This document shows, one piece after another, positions 39,351-51,599 of a stretch of DNA of 64,000 nt. The DNA comes from Stegostoma tigrinum. Its lineage: Eukaryota. Positions within the stretch are counted from its first letter, which is position 1, and every line of letters starts with the position of its first letter. The DNA lies in the NCBI RefSeq assembly GCF_030684315.1, contig NC_081356.1, forward strand, positions 16,579,197 to 16,643,196. The letters are read 5' to 3'. The position numbers were made by a program, and so were the translations under genes. Below the pieces are notes generated by a model. It worked only from the letters and a program-made list of their open reading frames with translations. It made no database searches and was not told the origin of the DNA.

Positions 39351-39765
39351 TTTTTAAACTTATTTATCCTATAAGACTACTTGCCTGGCCTCACTTCAGA
39401 AAATCATGCACAAAACCCAGGGTTCCTCCAGAGCTGTACTCAACATGGTATAAATTGACAGTGTATAGTCTCAATGTTTCTTCTACCTAAAAATGCATTA
39501 GCCCTTGTACTCTAGCATTGCAATTCACTTTTGCCAAGTATCTGCCCATCTTGACCAACTTGCCAGTTTCCCTTGTGTTACTCAGCACTATCTGCAATTC
39601 ACTATTCTCCCAACTTAGTGTATCTGTCAATTTAGACACTTTGCCCTCAACACCATCTCTAAATCCTCTTCTGCAGGAACAATGTACAATTCAGAACTTA
39701 CCTACATGTTTACAATCCTTTCTTCGGGTCAAATTGATAACTTGATTTAACAACTGTTGTTACAG

Positions 39766-39952
39766 AAATGTGGCTGTGAGACTGGGTTCAAGTTCATGGC
39801 TGACTTGCGTACTTGTATTGATGTTGATGAGTGCAAAGAACTGCCAACCAGACCATGTAGTCAAATATGTCTTAACATGAATGGAACCTACAGCTGCAGT
39901 TGTCATGCTGGGTTCCTGCTCACCAATGATGGATACAGTTGTAAGGTGACAG
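39766..39952 (+). CDS. lrp13: lrp13 exon 17: end of EGF-A plus calcium-binding EGF-B
   Basis: KCGCETGF...TCIDVDECKELPTRPCSQICLNMNGTYSCSCHAGFLLTNDGYSCKVT. Confidence 0.94.
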
Positions 39953-41646
39953 GTAAGAAAACAGGCTTTGATTTGCATCTGGAGCAAATTACTAGATGCT
40001 TTGGTTCAATGCCCCAGGATGAATAAGTTGCTACTTGAACACTTTGCCAAATTTTCTTTAGATTTCAGTAACTAGAACCTCTACAGAGTTACTAACAATG
40101 TGCCTTCTATCATTAAGACTAAGTACAATGTAATTGAACCAGGTTTCAAAATCTTGCTTCACAGTATAAGCTTGTTGGATCCCCCTGCAACTAAGGGAAA
40201 CTAGTCTTTTGAGGGCTAATGTAAACATGGGATAAGAGGAATCGAAGGCTTTGAGAAGTTGAGACTAGGATCCAGCATGAGCTTTCAGTGCTATGATTGC
40301 AAATGATTTGAGTGAAGTTGAATCTCTAATTCAAATTTTAAATCTTTCAGTTGGACAAAGCCAAATACTAACTATTGCCAACTTGTTGACTGACTAGTGT
40401 GCATCTGTCAGTTCATGGTATCAAGTGAGCAGGCACTCACTCTGATACTGGAAAGCATGTTGAATTTAACTTGCAATTTGAACACAATCCAAGATCCTAC
40501 AGCAGAAAACAGCATTTTATTGACCAGGAAACTCCTGACTTTTCCCAAAAGCCTTTGGCTCTTAAATTGGCTGGAAAAACTTTGGTTTCCAAGGCTTGTT
40601 AGAGCTGAAATTCCAGCAACTTGAACCAGTATCTGCTACTCTCTTTCTTGCCCTGCATGCCCAAGTGATTCCATTTCACTTATTGAACTTGTGATAGCAA
40701 CTTGTGTATATATGGGACTACCCCGCCCCCCCCCCCCCCCCACTTGAGCCAAACAGCAGACTTGCAAAACTAGCATATTTTAACCTGATCATTCATAGTA
40801 CAGAACAGTGGTAATGAAGAGGGCATTCTTGCTAGAACTGGATTGTGGGAAATACTAACTTGGAATGACACTGAACCTGTCTGTCTGATATTTACATGTC
40901 TGGCAATACCTTGAGTTGATATCTGGTTTAAAGCCAAGCTTGAGCAAACTAGTACATTTGCAGTGTCAATACCTGTCATTAACATGTTATGCCACATGCA
41001 CAATTTTGCACATGTCCATTCAAATACAAGACCATCTTCAACAGTTTGTTTGCTGTTGCTGAAAAGAAGTCTCTGATACCTAACTTAAATAAAATTCACT
41101 TCACTTGGTCAGTCCAAGTTAGCTTAAACTGGAATCTTTAATCTGTAGCTCTAATCTTCAAAGTTTTTTAAATGTGAATCTGGGCTGTATAAGTCTCCCA
41201 GATGATGACAGATAATGCTTGAATGTCTAGCTGCCTAAGTGCTACCTTAAATTTAATTACCCAAGTTGGTTGGAGGCTGTGCACCATAGTTGATGTAAAT
41301 GAAAAGTTGAGTTTTAATAATCTGAATTTTACACTGACACTCTGCCACTGCAACCCAATGTAGTGCTTTTAAAAGCACTACAATTCCTTGATTATTAAAA
41401 ATGTTACACTTTTTAAACTGTCATGTTTATCTACCACTAGGTAGAGCAAGCAAACTCTGCACAACTGATGTTTGCTCATACAGAGACCAATGTGAACACC
41501 AAGTTCAAAAAAGCTGGTTCCTACCACTTAGATTGCATGGACTGCAGATAATGTTGATCTTGCTCTTGCACCACCTAATGTGGTGTAACCAGTATGTCTT
41601 GCTGTGTCCAAGCTTTATCACCCAAGACCTGTCCTTGCTTACTGAT

Positions 41647-41763
41647 GGGTCTAGGCCTGAAACGTCAGCTTGTGCTCCTGTGCTGCTGCTTGGCCTGCTA
41701 TGTTCATCCAGCTCCACACTTTGTTATCTCTGGATTCTCCAGCATCTGCAGTTTCCATTATCA
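41647..41763 (+). mobile_element. Single-arm family-1 Penelope terminus with 13-bp TSD
   Basis: gggtctaggcctgaaacgtcagc...ctccagcatctgcagtttccattatc, flanked by cttgcttactgat at 41634-41646 and 41764-41776. Confidence 0.88.
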
Positions 41764-42208
41764 CTTGCTTACTGATCTACCTGTACTGTGCTCAGTTTTC
41801 ACCTGAGTGCCCATGACAAATTGCATGCTTTCTAATTCCAACACCTGTGCATGACTCCAACATTATTTCTATGTCACTAATGTTGCTCTGATCACACTGA
41901 TCTGAATGAGGTATTTAAACTGGTCATATGTAAATCTTGCTCCTTTTGCATAAGTAACTTCTGGTCTCATTTTTCACCTCAATGTTATGTTCAGAACTAC
42001 TTTTGCTTTCTCATACTTAAAGTTTTGCTAGATGTCACTGAGATAAAATAGTTGAAATTTAACTTTCACTTGGTCTAGTGCCCTCCTGTGTGGCACTAAG
42101 TATTTAGTTTACAAATAAATGCCAATGAAGAAGAATTTCAGTATTATTCAGTAGGGGTTCATGGTTTCACCACCCTCCTTGCATTCCTTTTTTTCCTCTT
42201 ACACACAG

Positions 42209-42424
42209 GTGCTGAGCCAGTTCTCCTTGTAACCATTCACCATGATATTTTGCTATATGGACTGCACAGTGCAAAAAAAGACTTTGTGCCTGAACTTGCC
42301 AAAAGTGCCATATTTTCCATGGATTATGACTGGAAAGAAAAAATAATCTTCTGGGTTGATACATACTCTGAAAGCATAAAGTGGATGAAGCTGTATCAAC
42401 AAGAGAAAGGAACACTAATCAAAG
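42209..42424 (+). CDS. lrp13: lrp13 exon 18: propeller start
   Basis: AEPVLLVTIHHDILLYGL...FSMDYDWKEKIIFWVD. Confidence 0.92.
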
Positions 42425-43862
42425 GTCAGATTATCAATTAATCTTTGCTTTTAAAACTTAATGTGGACTTGTAGTTCCCATCTGAACACTCACAGCAGCT
42501 TTTTCCACTCTTGGCCCTTCTGATTTCTGTGCTGTCTAAATCAGTCTTCAACTTCCTGAATCTTGATTTTTAGACCCATTTTTCAAAATGCAACCATGGT
42601 TAATAGTGCTATCTGAGTCCTTTTTAGGACTTACCAGGAATGACTAGTTGAGCTGCCAACCACTTTGGAAACTTTAAGCTCAGCAGAATCTGAAACTGAT
42701 GTTTGTGGTGGTCTTAACACTTTCTGAGACCTTTCCCAAATCTGCATGCAAATCAGATGCAAGTCAACTAAACGTTTCCCTCCAATTTATTGCAGTGTAG
42801 TTGAAGTTTGCTGGGTTTGTACACTATCATCGCTCCAATCTTTCAGATGACTGAAATGTAAACTTATTTTTATTGCAAACTTAAGTCTGCTGTATACACG
42901 TCACTTCAATTTCTGACTTGCTGTCTGTATAAGTCAATGGCAACAGGTGCTCAATCAAACAACTTAGCTGCACACTAGGCATTGAAACAAATGTGATATC
43001 AGCACAGTTGCTTCATGTGGCCTGTGTTACAAGCACATTCACTTTCAGTCTGAAAAAACATTGGCATGGATTTAGTTCAATAACTTTAGAAAATGTAACT
43101 TTCAAATCTTCCAATTTAATTCTTGATCTCAACTTTGCTTTTTGTATAAGGCCTGAATTTAGCCATGAAGCAAAGAATTGCACATGGTCTAGAGGAGACC
43201 CATAGCCTAAACTAAATACAAAAGATGCTTTGAGACTAATCCTTCAAAGGACTGACTAAATTTTAGTGAACTACAATACTCAGGAAGAAACATGCTATGG
43301 TCATAGAAGCTCAGGAGTAAGACATTGCAATAGCATAAGATACTGCAAGGAATATCTCCACTCTATGGTAGAATAGGGTTGGAGGAGAATCGATGTTTTA
43401 AAAACCCACCTAGAATAATTAAAGATTGAGTGGGTGTGGTGAAACACACCACCCATACAAATGTTTTGGGAAAGCTTGGCCTGAATGAGACTTTCATGGA
43501 ATGTGATACCATTTTAGTGTGTAAAATCAAAATATTCTCACTAGTGATGCTGCTGGGTCTAATCACATTCCTAAAGATTGATTTTATTCTGCCTCCCTGT
43601 ACCCACCATGTCAGATGGGAATATTTCCAGCATCCAATATTGCACTCTTACCTGGAGCAGCTAAAATGGCATGCACTTGTGATTTTGTTTAACTTTCCAC
43701 TTGCAATCAGCTGAAAGGCTGTTCTAGCCACACTATAGAGAAGCTTTGCTATCAAACACAATCCTCAAATGTAAAGAGAAAGGAACCCCTATTCAGCAGT
43801 CATCCACAAGGACAAGTCTCACCATGGCTTCTTGACAATCTCTTAACTGTATCTACTTGCAG

Positions 43863-44046
43863 AAATACATTCTGATTGCGTAGCTGTGGACTGGGTAGGC
43901 CGAAACATTTATTGGACTGATGGAGTTGCTAGCTGTATTCTGGCAGCCAGGTTGAACATGGCACTGAATGGACCCCAAGAATATACCATTGTAGTTGATA
44001 CAGATATTGACCAACCCCATTCTTTGGTTCTGCAGCCACTTAATGG
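43863..44046 (+). CDS. lrp13: lrp13 exon 19: YWTD repeats
   Basis: CVAVDWVGRNIYWTDG...DIDQPHSLVLQPLN; phase 1-2. Confidence 0.93.
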
Positions 44047-44374
44047 GTAAGTCTTCAACACTTTTTTGCTTGATATTCACTCCTGTCTCTAACTAAAGAC
44101 AAATGATACTTCAAGCTATGCTACTGATCAGCCGATGTTCCCAGTTTAACATGTGCACTAACAATGGGTGAGAAGTGCACACCTAATTGTTTTGAGGTTA
44201 GCTAATTACACCCACAATCCCCATAGGCCAAAAATTCACTTTTTTATTAAAGAAACTAATGTCCTTAACCCATATAGGTGATCAAATACTTCCAGTATTT
44301 AATGCCTGGAAGTATTTGAGCAAAACCAGGACACTAATAAACATGTGCCACAGTCATACTTTACCATTTTATAG

Positions 44375-44576
44375 GCTAATGTACTGGGCTGAGATTGGAA
44401 GCAAACCACACATTGAGAGAGCAGGAATGGATGGAACCAACAGAAAGCTCCTAATCAAAAGTAGACTAGGTTGGCCAACTAGTCTGACAATTGATCCCCT
44501 TGGCAGGAAACTACTTTGGGCTGATGGTCAACTGCATTGCATTGGTATGGCCAATTTAGATGGCACAAATATAAAG
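44375..44576 (+). CDS. lrp13: lrp13 exon 20: YWTD repeats
   Basis: LMYWAEIGSKPHIERAGMDGTNRK...GWPTSLTIDPLGRKLLWADG; phase 2-0. Confidence 0.94.
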
Positions 44577-44651
44577 GTAAGAATTTAGTAAAACTTTTTC
44601 ACTTTTAGCTCTTGCTGAAGCATGTTATTGAATAACAGTTGTTCAAATCAG

Positions 44652-44813
44652 CTTTTCCAGCTGACTCATACTCGTAGACCATTTGCTGTAGCTTTATTTG
44701 AAGATGAAATCTTCTGGTCTGACATGGAACTGAGAACTGTTCAGAAAGTTGACAGACTAGGAAAGAGCAGGACTGTCCTCTTGAAACGTGACGTTCAACC
44801 ACATGGATTGAAG
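44652..44813 (+). CDS. lrp13: lrp13 exon 21: YWTD repeat
   Basis: LFQLTHTRRPFAVALFEDEIFWSD...QPHGLK; a second in-frame acceptor lies 9 nt downstream (start 44661). Confidence 0.88.
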
Positions 44814-44895
44814 GTAAAGAAATCACTGTAGTAGAGATGTGCAGTGGAAATGTACCAAATGAATGAATAAACATGGCAACCTGTCTTGTTTGCAG

Positions 44896-45096
44896 GTAAT
44901 GCATGAGATTCTGCAGCCGCAAGCATATAACCCTTGTGAAGAAATGGGCTGCAAACACTTCTGCTTACTTGGCCCTGGACTGAAAGGGAGTTGTCATTGT
45001 GAGCCAGGCATGTTGCTGGCTGATGATGGGCTGACTTGCTTGAAATCTGAAGACAAACCTTTTCTCCTCATGATTTCTCCTACTGTCCTCCTTCAG
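44896..45096 (+). CDS. lrp13: lrp13 exon 22: EGF plus start of next propeller
   Basis: VMHEILQPQAYNPCEEMGCKHFCLLGPGLKGSCHCEPGMLLADDGLTC...PFLLMISPTVLLQ. Confidence 0.93.
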
Positions 45097-46807
45097 GTAA
45101 GACCTTGGCATGAGAGCACTTTTTATGGCTACAATTTCAGACAGCTTTGTAGCTGTTCAAAGCATAACCAATATGAACAGCAAGTTAATAACTATACCAT
45201 TCATCTTTAAATTAGTCTGGATACTAGGGTTTGCATATCTGTTTGCAGATTAATTGCCAAATCACTATCTTGGATGACCAGTTCAAACATACTAACCAAT
45301 TTGAAGTGAATTTGTATTCCTAACTTGCTAGGTTTCAGTGTGGTTAGTCCTTGTCTCCAAACAGGAAGTCTGGCTTATTTATATGGGTATCAATTCTTCA
45401 GGAGCGACTAAACTGCTTCATATTGGATCCACTGCAGCTCACCCTTGACTTGTTTTCCTGATAAAAACTAATGAGATTTTGTAGAGAATGCTCTAATCTT
45501 AAATGGACTGAGCAGAACAAATTTTGAAAAGATATTTTGATGGTGACTTTGCAATTAGAATGCTTGGAGCATTACACAATTGAAATGTTAAGGCAGTGAC
45601 ACTTGTTTATGGAGATAGATAAACTTGAGGTAGTTTGTTTCTAACAATTTTTAACCAGAATAAGAGGATGGTGACTAAGTCACCAAATTTGAGAGCTTTG
45701 CATTCTGATCCAACTCTACCTCCTGGAAACAAAGTATAGTTATTGTTTCAGTTCAAATCTTCAAATGTTGGAATCCCACAAGTGCAGGAGGATGTGGGGC
45801 AAGGGTGGGCATAATGGTCCTAAGATATGGCAGGGGCAGGGGGGGTGCAGCTGCAGAGGAGTGAGTCTGTCTAGATAATCCAAATTGAACACTGATTTTA
45901 ATGTAAATGGCTGTAGGCTACTGAACAGGACTGGCCAATATTGGTAAATGGTTCATTACAACAAAATTGGAGCAAAGATTGCAGGCAACCTTCTTTGTAC
46001 TAGGGCCTAATACAACTCTTTTCTATTGCATGGCTTGAAGCACTTGGCTCAATGCAAATGTTTGTTTGACATGTTCAATTAGTGGATGAGGTGAAAAATG
46101 CACACTTGGCCATTTGCAAGGTGTGCATAAATCCTTTGAAGGACACTTTTTAGATATGAGGGTTAAAGGTGGCTTGGATGTCTCTTTTTCAAGTCAGCAC
46201 TTTTTCCCCTCTTAGACTTGTCCTTTTTGGTCTTAGTACTAGGTTTAGCTCATGAGCAAGTGCCTGGCTAGGCTGCATCTGCTGTTGTGGTCTCTGTTCC
46301 AATGGGTGATTGCTGGCCCAACAGACAAGTAGTTAGGCAGTTTCAAGGATTTGCTTTTGGAGTGGATTTAACCACATGATAAAAATGACAGTCATGCAAT
46401 ATGAATCATCTTGTAAATGCTTGGCTGTTCAATTGAAGGCAGATATGGCCTAGCCTATAGCATTTGAACACTATGGAAGGTTACCTGAATTCTTGCAACA
46501 AACTTAATTGGCTAATTCTGCATTGTGAGCCTAAATAGAAATTGTCACCAACTGATCAAACTTTGACTTTTTTCCCTCCAGCTCCAATGTAAACATGTAT
46601 AACTGCCAGTTACTGATCTAACTTGTAGTTACTCTGGTGTTCAGGGCTCGACACCTTAGCTAAGCTGTGTCCTAGGTAACTCTTTTATTTTTGAATTGGG
46701 AATAATGATTCAACAAGCAACTTAGACTTAAGATCCTTTTCAACTTTTTAGAAAACTGAGGATGTTAACTGCCACTTTTTACCATCGGCATGTGTTTTCT
46801 CCTCCAG

Positions 46808-47342
46808 GTATACTTAAAACACCTACAACCGGATACAGGGTTAAAGGCTTTGCCAGAGCACCTAGCATACCAACTAATTAACAATCAAGTGGCCTCAGCA
46901 GATTATGTCTGGAAAGACAAATTAGTCTATTTTTCTGACTCTGAAGAAGGCATTGTTGGAAGTGTTATGCTGGGGTCAAATTCATCCTCTGTGCAAAAGA
47001 TTTTCCAGGTTAATGACATCATGTCACTGAAAGTGGACTGGTTGAGTGGTAACCTTTACTGGATCACCAGGACCCCCAATGTAATTGAAGTAGCATCTGT
47101 AAATGGTGCTTACAGACTTGTCCTGATTGACAATCTCTACCATTCAAATTCACTTTCATTACACCCACCTGATGGTATCATGTGCTTTTCTGAGTGGGGT
47201 TCAGAAGACCAAAAAGTTGGCCCAAGAATTCAATGTTCCCAAATGGATGGACAGAAAAGAAAAGTACTCTGGAAAAAGTGTCGCCTCCCTACAAGCCTGC
47301 TCCTTGCAGAATCTGGTACTCGGCTTTATTGGATTGATTTAG
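46808..47342 (+). CDS. lrp13: lrp13 exon 23: last propeller (535 nt)
   Basis: VYLKHLQ...DYVWKDKLVYFSD...VDWLSGNLYWI...RLYWIDL; phase 0-1. Confidence 0.94.
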
Positions 47343-47844
47343 GTAGGTATTAAATCAACTAAACAGTTCTCATTTGGTCTTTAGAATAAATGCCAAATTG
47401 ATAAAGCTGAGCCTCTGTCTGTCTTGTAGGCTATATTTTTCTTTCCAGCTCTAATTTCATTTGAAATGGGGGGTGGGGGGAATGCAGGCAGTCTTAATGC
47501 ATTGACCAACTTTCAACGGTCTAGGCTGCTTTAAGGTTTGTCTTGGGCAGCTAGCTAAAATGAATTAGTCACATTCCACACCCTTGCCTCCCTTTACAAA
47601 AAGGCCTGGGAATGCCTCTAGGCAGGACAAAGGACTTGAGTACACTAACACATTGTGTACACGTCAATGAAGTGGCCAAGAAGCATGCGTTCAAGCTTCT
47701 GTTTAGTACCTATAGTGGCTTAGCGACAAAGTAAATGTGTCAGATTTTACTGTAGCAAAAATTAAGACTTCAACATGTATTGATATTTGAACAGCTCCAA
47801 TATATCCTTGGAATAATTTTGTTCTCTCCTCCCTTTTTTAACAG

Positions 47845-47970
47845 GTCACAATGTTATTGACAGTGTTCTCCTGGATGGTTCAGAATTTAGAGAAATTCAA
47901 GCAGGCCTTGAAGCACAGTCTGTCTTTGCATATGGTGAGGACATTCTCTTCTGGACAACTATACATGATG
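47845..47970 (+). CDS. lrp13: lrp13 exon 24
   Basis: HNVIDSVLLDGSEFREIQAGLEAQSVFAYGEDILFWTTIHD. Confidence 0.9.
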
Positions 47971-48040
47971 GTAAGTTACACTTCAAATATTTACTAATGC
48001 AGCCTATGATCTGTATCATGACTGTAACTTTATTTGATAG

Positions 48041-48148
48041 GTTATACAAGGATGTGGTACAGCATGATGGGACAGAAAAAGCAACAATGGTTTGAAGTAC
48101 AGCAGAAAATTGTTGGTCTGAAAGTGTACAGCAGACAGCAGCAACAAG
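48041..48148 (+). CDS. lrp13: lrp13 exon 25: end of propeller
   Basis: YTRMWYSMMGQKKQQWFEVQQKIVGLKVYSRQQQQ; follows a 70-nt intron. Confidence 0.85.
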
Positions 48149-48803
48149 GTCAGTTTGGCATGTAAAATGGGCTGGAGTAGAGCATTGCTCAGCATTTGCT
48201 TGAGCTTTGTCCATACCCCTTCAGAGCTCTTACAAATGTGGAAAAAGTTAGTGATGCAGTGAGATGGAAGCAACTAGGAACTTGGTGGATGGCAAAGGAA
48301 TGGAGAATTAATTAAAAGCAGGAAGGATAACTGGACAACAAAGATTTCATTAAATTTCCCAAACTTTCTTGTGCAAGAGACCACAAAGTACTGAGGCATT
48401 CTCTAAATGTAATTTAGGGTATTTAAACAATACTTGTTAACATGACAGTTAATAATACTGCAGGTGTACTTCAAGCTAAATGGGAGCTGACAATCATTTT
48501 GAATGCATTATGCTTATTTTTAACATGGAATGTGCTGCTGAAATATACCCTAAATATCATTAAGACCATAGGGTGTTAAGTCCTTTGAATATATTTGTTT
48601 TGGCATAACTACCAACTATTGCACAAGCTGGCAAACCTCAACTCACTTTAAAGTGAAAACTCTGCACAAATGCACACCAAGTTCTACTAGTAATGGCCTT
48701 TTGTGCATGGGCTCTTCAATTATCCTAGATATTGGCTGCTATGGTTCTAATACAGGGAAATCTTGCTTTCCAAATAACATGTCACCCACTTCTTAAATTA
48801 CAG

Positions 48804-49037
48804 GGTACAACTTCTGTTCTGAGAAGAATGGTGGTTGTGATCACCTGTGCCTAGCATACCCAAGAGGAAGATCATGTAGATGTTCAGTGGGATATCTGAT
48901 CATCAATGGCAGCAAGTGTGAAGCCATGGAGTGCCCACCTGAGACTTGGCAGTGCCATGATCAATTGAGCTGCATCTTAAATGAACAAGTGTGTGATGAC
49001 AAAAGGCATTGTGCTGATGGATCTGACGAAATGGAGT
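48804..49037 (+). CDS. lrp13: lrp13 exon 26: EGF plus the solitary '+1' LDLa
   Basis: YNFCSEKNGGCDHLCLAYPRGRSCRCSVGY...CPPETWQCHDQLSCILNEQVCDDKRHCADGSDEME. Confidence 0.94.
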
Positions 49038-49479
49038 GTAAGATTCCCAAATCTTCTATTTGCAAATGAGCATGTTGACTTTAGCTTTGACAACTATGAA
49101 TGCATATCAGCAATGGTCTTAAACTTGACACTATCCCACTGAATGCATAGACTAAATTTTTTTGTCTTGATCCCTGGCTGATTGTAATAGCCAGGTGACC
49201 ATCACAGAATTTGTCTTCCAATGCTGGTCCCACATTTATCCTCTTGCAACTGTTAAATGCTGTAACATGTACAGCCTCTTTTGACTTTGGGGTTTTGATC
49301 CCTGCTACACCTGATTTCAAGTCACATCTTTTGGTACAAAGATGATTTAACTATAACTGCAATAACAAATGCTGTGATTTCAAACAGCAGCCACTTGCCT
49401 GTACCCCCTGTGCCCCCCCAAAAAACAGTGGCTATCTTGATTACATATGCAACTTGGCTCTGAGCATATGAACAAGTTT

Positions 49480-50250
49480 ACACAATGGTCCATGTTAACC
49501 ATGTCCCCCAAACTAAACTTGTCCCACTTGTCAGTGTTTGCCCCATATTCCTCTAACCCATTCCTGTTTGTATACAAACAAGTCTCTCCAGTTGTAACTG
49601 GACCTGCATCCACCAGTTCCTCTGGCACCTTATTTTCCAGAGGAAAATGTGGAATATTGCCCTGATGTCCTCTTTAAAAGGAGGGAGGACAAGATTTTAA
49701 ATGTGCTCCCAAGTGCTGAACACCACCCCCACACAAGGAAAGACTTGCTATTCCTCTTGTCTGAGCCCCTCTTTTATAAACCTTGAGCAACCTCTTTAAT
49801 GTCCTACACTTCATTTGAGGAACCCCCCAGCCTATTTACTGAACTGGAGTTTAAAAATGTCCAGTAAATATTTCACTTAATGATTCCCATTGCAGGGTAA
49901 CTAGAACTGCAGTGCTCCAAGTGGCCTCACGGTTGTACCACACCATGATGCCCCAAATTATGGTCTCAGCAAAAAGCAAATGTGCTAAATGCTGCCTTAA
50001 CCCTGGATACCAGTGATGCAAACTTCAAAAAACTTATGTACAGTTGGTTCTGATAACATGGTTGTTTGCTTAAGAGGTCACACAATCCCCATGACACTTA
50101 AAATGATGAACAGAATTGTTATACTAACACAAGCAGGGAAAGTTCATGTTTCACAAATTGGATTCTCTTGTTCTTGTCATGTTACAGCCAATTCATTTGA
50201 AGAAACCTCAGAACTGACTGGACCTGAACCCCTAGTCTGTTTGCTCTAAA
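49480..50250 (-). mobile_element. Decayed CR1 LINE fragment
   Basis: tttgccccatattcctctaacccattcctg... reverse CR1 3' end. Confidence 0.55.
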
Positions 50251-50477
50251 ATGCTACCCAGGGGCTTACAATTTTAATTGTACAAGTCTTGATCTTATTC
50301 TACCAAAATGCAATACCTCTCATCAAAACTCAATTTGTAGCACTAATATGAACATTAATGTTAGGGCCATAAGATTGCCTAAATCTTGCTTTTTTAATCC
50401 ACATTGTAGACTTGACCATGACTTATGTATTTTCTTTTTGAATTCCTGAATTAATTCAGTACTTTTTTTTTCTTTAG

Positions 50478-50967
50478 GCTTTCTAACATGGGAGAAATCT
50501 GCATTGACAACTCATGTACTTCCTAGACCGTCAGTCTCTCCCTCTGAAGAACATTCATCTAATTCTTCAAAATGGCTTCCAGTCTCTACCACACACTATC
50601 CAGAAGGTCATTCAGTCTCCTCCAGTAGTAGAGAGAAATCTTCAACAGCACTTAGTCATGAAGTGTCACTGAAGTATGCTAATGTTTCTACTGTAACAAA
50701 GGTCTCCTCCAGCCAAATGGTTAACATCAGTGTAACCAAAGGTGCTGGACGATCCAGTTCCTGTACAGCACAGATGTGTAACATGCGTGGGAGATGCTCT
50801 ATAGTCAATGGTATGATTACATGCAAATGCCATGAAGGATATACTGGAAGATTCTGCGAAGAGGAAGAGATGGAAGGAGTTAGCGTACTTCTCATTTTGG
50901 GAATACTTGCTTTGGTCCTGCTTGTTGTTGTTGGAACAATCATCTTTAAGAAGAGAGCTGCAAAAAG
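50478..50967 (+). CDS. lrp13: lrp13 exon 27: S/T-rich stalk, EGF, transmembrane helix
   Basis: S/T-rich run, then CTAQMCNMRGRC...CKCHEGYTGRFCE, TM VSVLLILGILALVLLVVVGTIIF, stop-transfer KKRAAK; phase 1-2. Confidence 0.92.
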
Positions 50968-51451
50968 GTTTGTGAACCCAATTAAGGACACCATTCAGAT
51001 ATTAGTTGAATAGTAAGCAATTGTCATTTGACCAGATTAAATTAACCTCTTCTCACTTGCAAGAGCTGGGTTTAAAAATGGATTTTGGCTGAAACTCATT
51101 CCATATTGCCCCAGATTGGTTGGGTATTGGCTCATTTTAACCAATTTAGCTGCTTCTTGAACAAACTCTTGCATATTCCAAATTGAACTAAAGGTAAATT
51201 GTTGCTGTTAAAAGGTAAATTGTTACACAGACCAGTGTAGTGAGCAAGATACCAATAAATAAAGTTTGACTGAAATATTCCTCTTTTAAACCACTAGTGG
51301 TTTAAAAACCAAACTTCAGTAACTTATCGGTCATCCTTAGCAGAGATCCACAGCAGAAAATGATCTGTATGCCAGGTAATTACTTTATTACATGTTTAAA
51401 CTGCATGCTAATTAGTATCAAAATGCAATTTCTCTTTCTTTCCTGATGCAG

Positions 51452-51533
51452 GAGAGCTAGAACCAACATGCAACAGACTACAGGCCATGGGAATCAGACC
51501 TTCAGGAATGAGGCTTTTGTAGAAGTACCAGAG
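51452..51533 (+). CDS. lrp13: lrp13 exon 28: cytoplasmic tail
   Basis: Strong pyrimidine tract and gcag acceptor; RARTNMQQTTGHGNQTFRNEAFVEVPE; phase 2-0, donor gag|gtgat. Confidence 0.72.
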
Positions 51534-51599
51534 GTGATGCTAAAATATTTGTTTCAAATTTATGCACGATTTTGTCTATGTAGGTGGCCGGAGTTGTTG

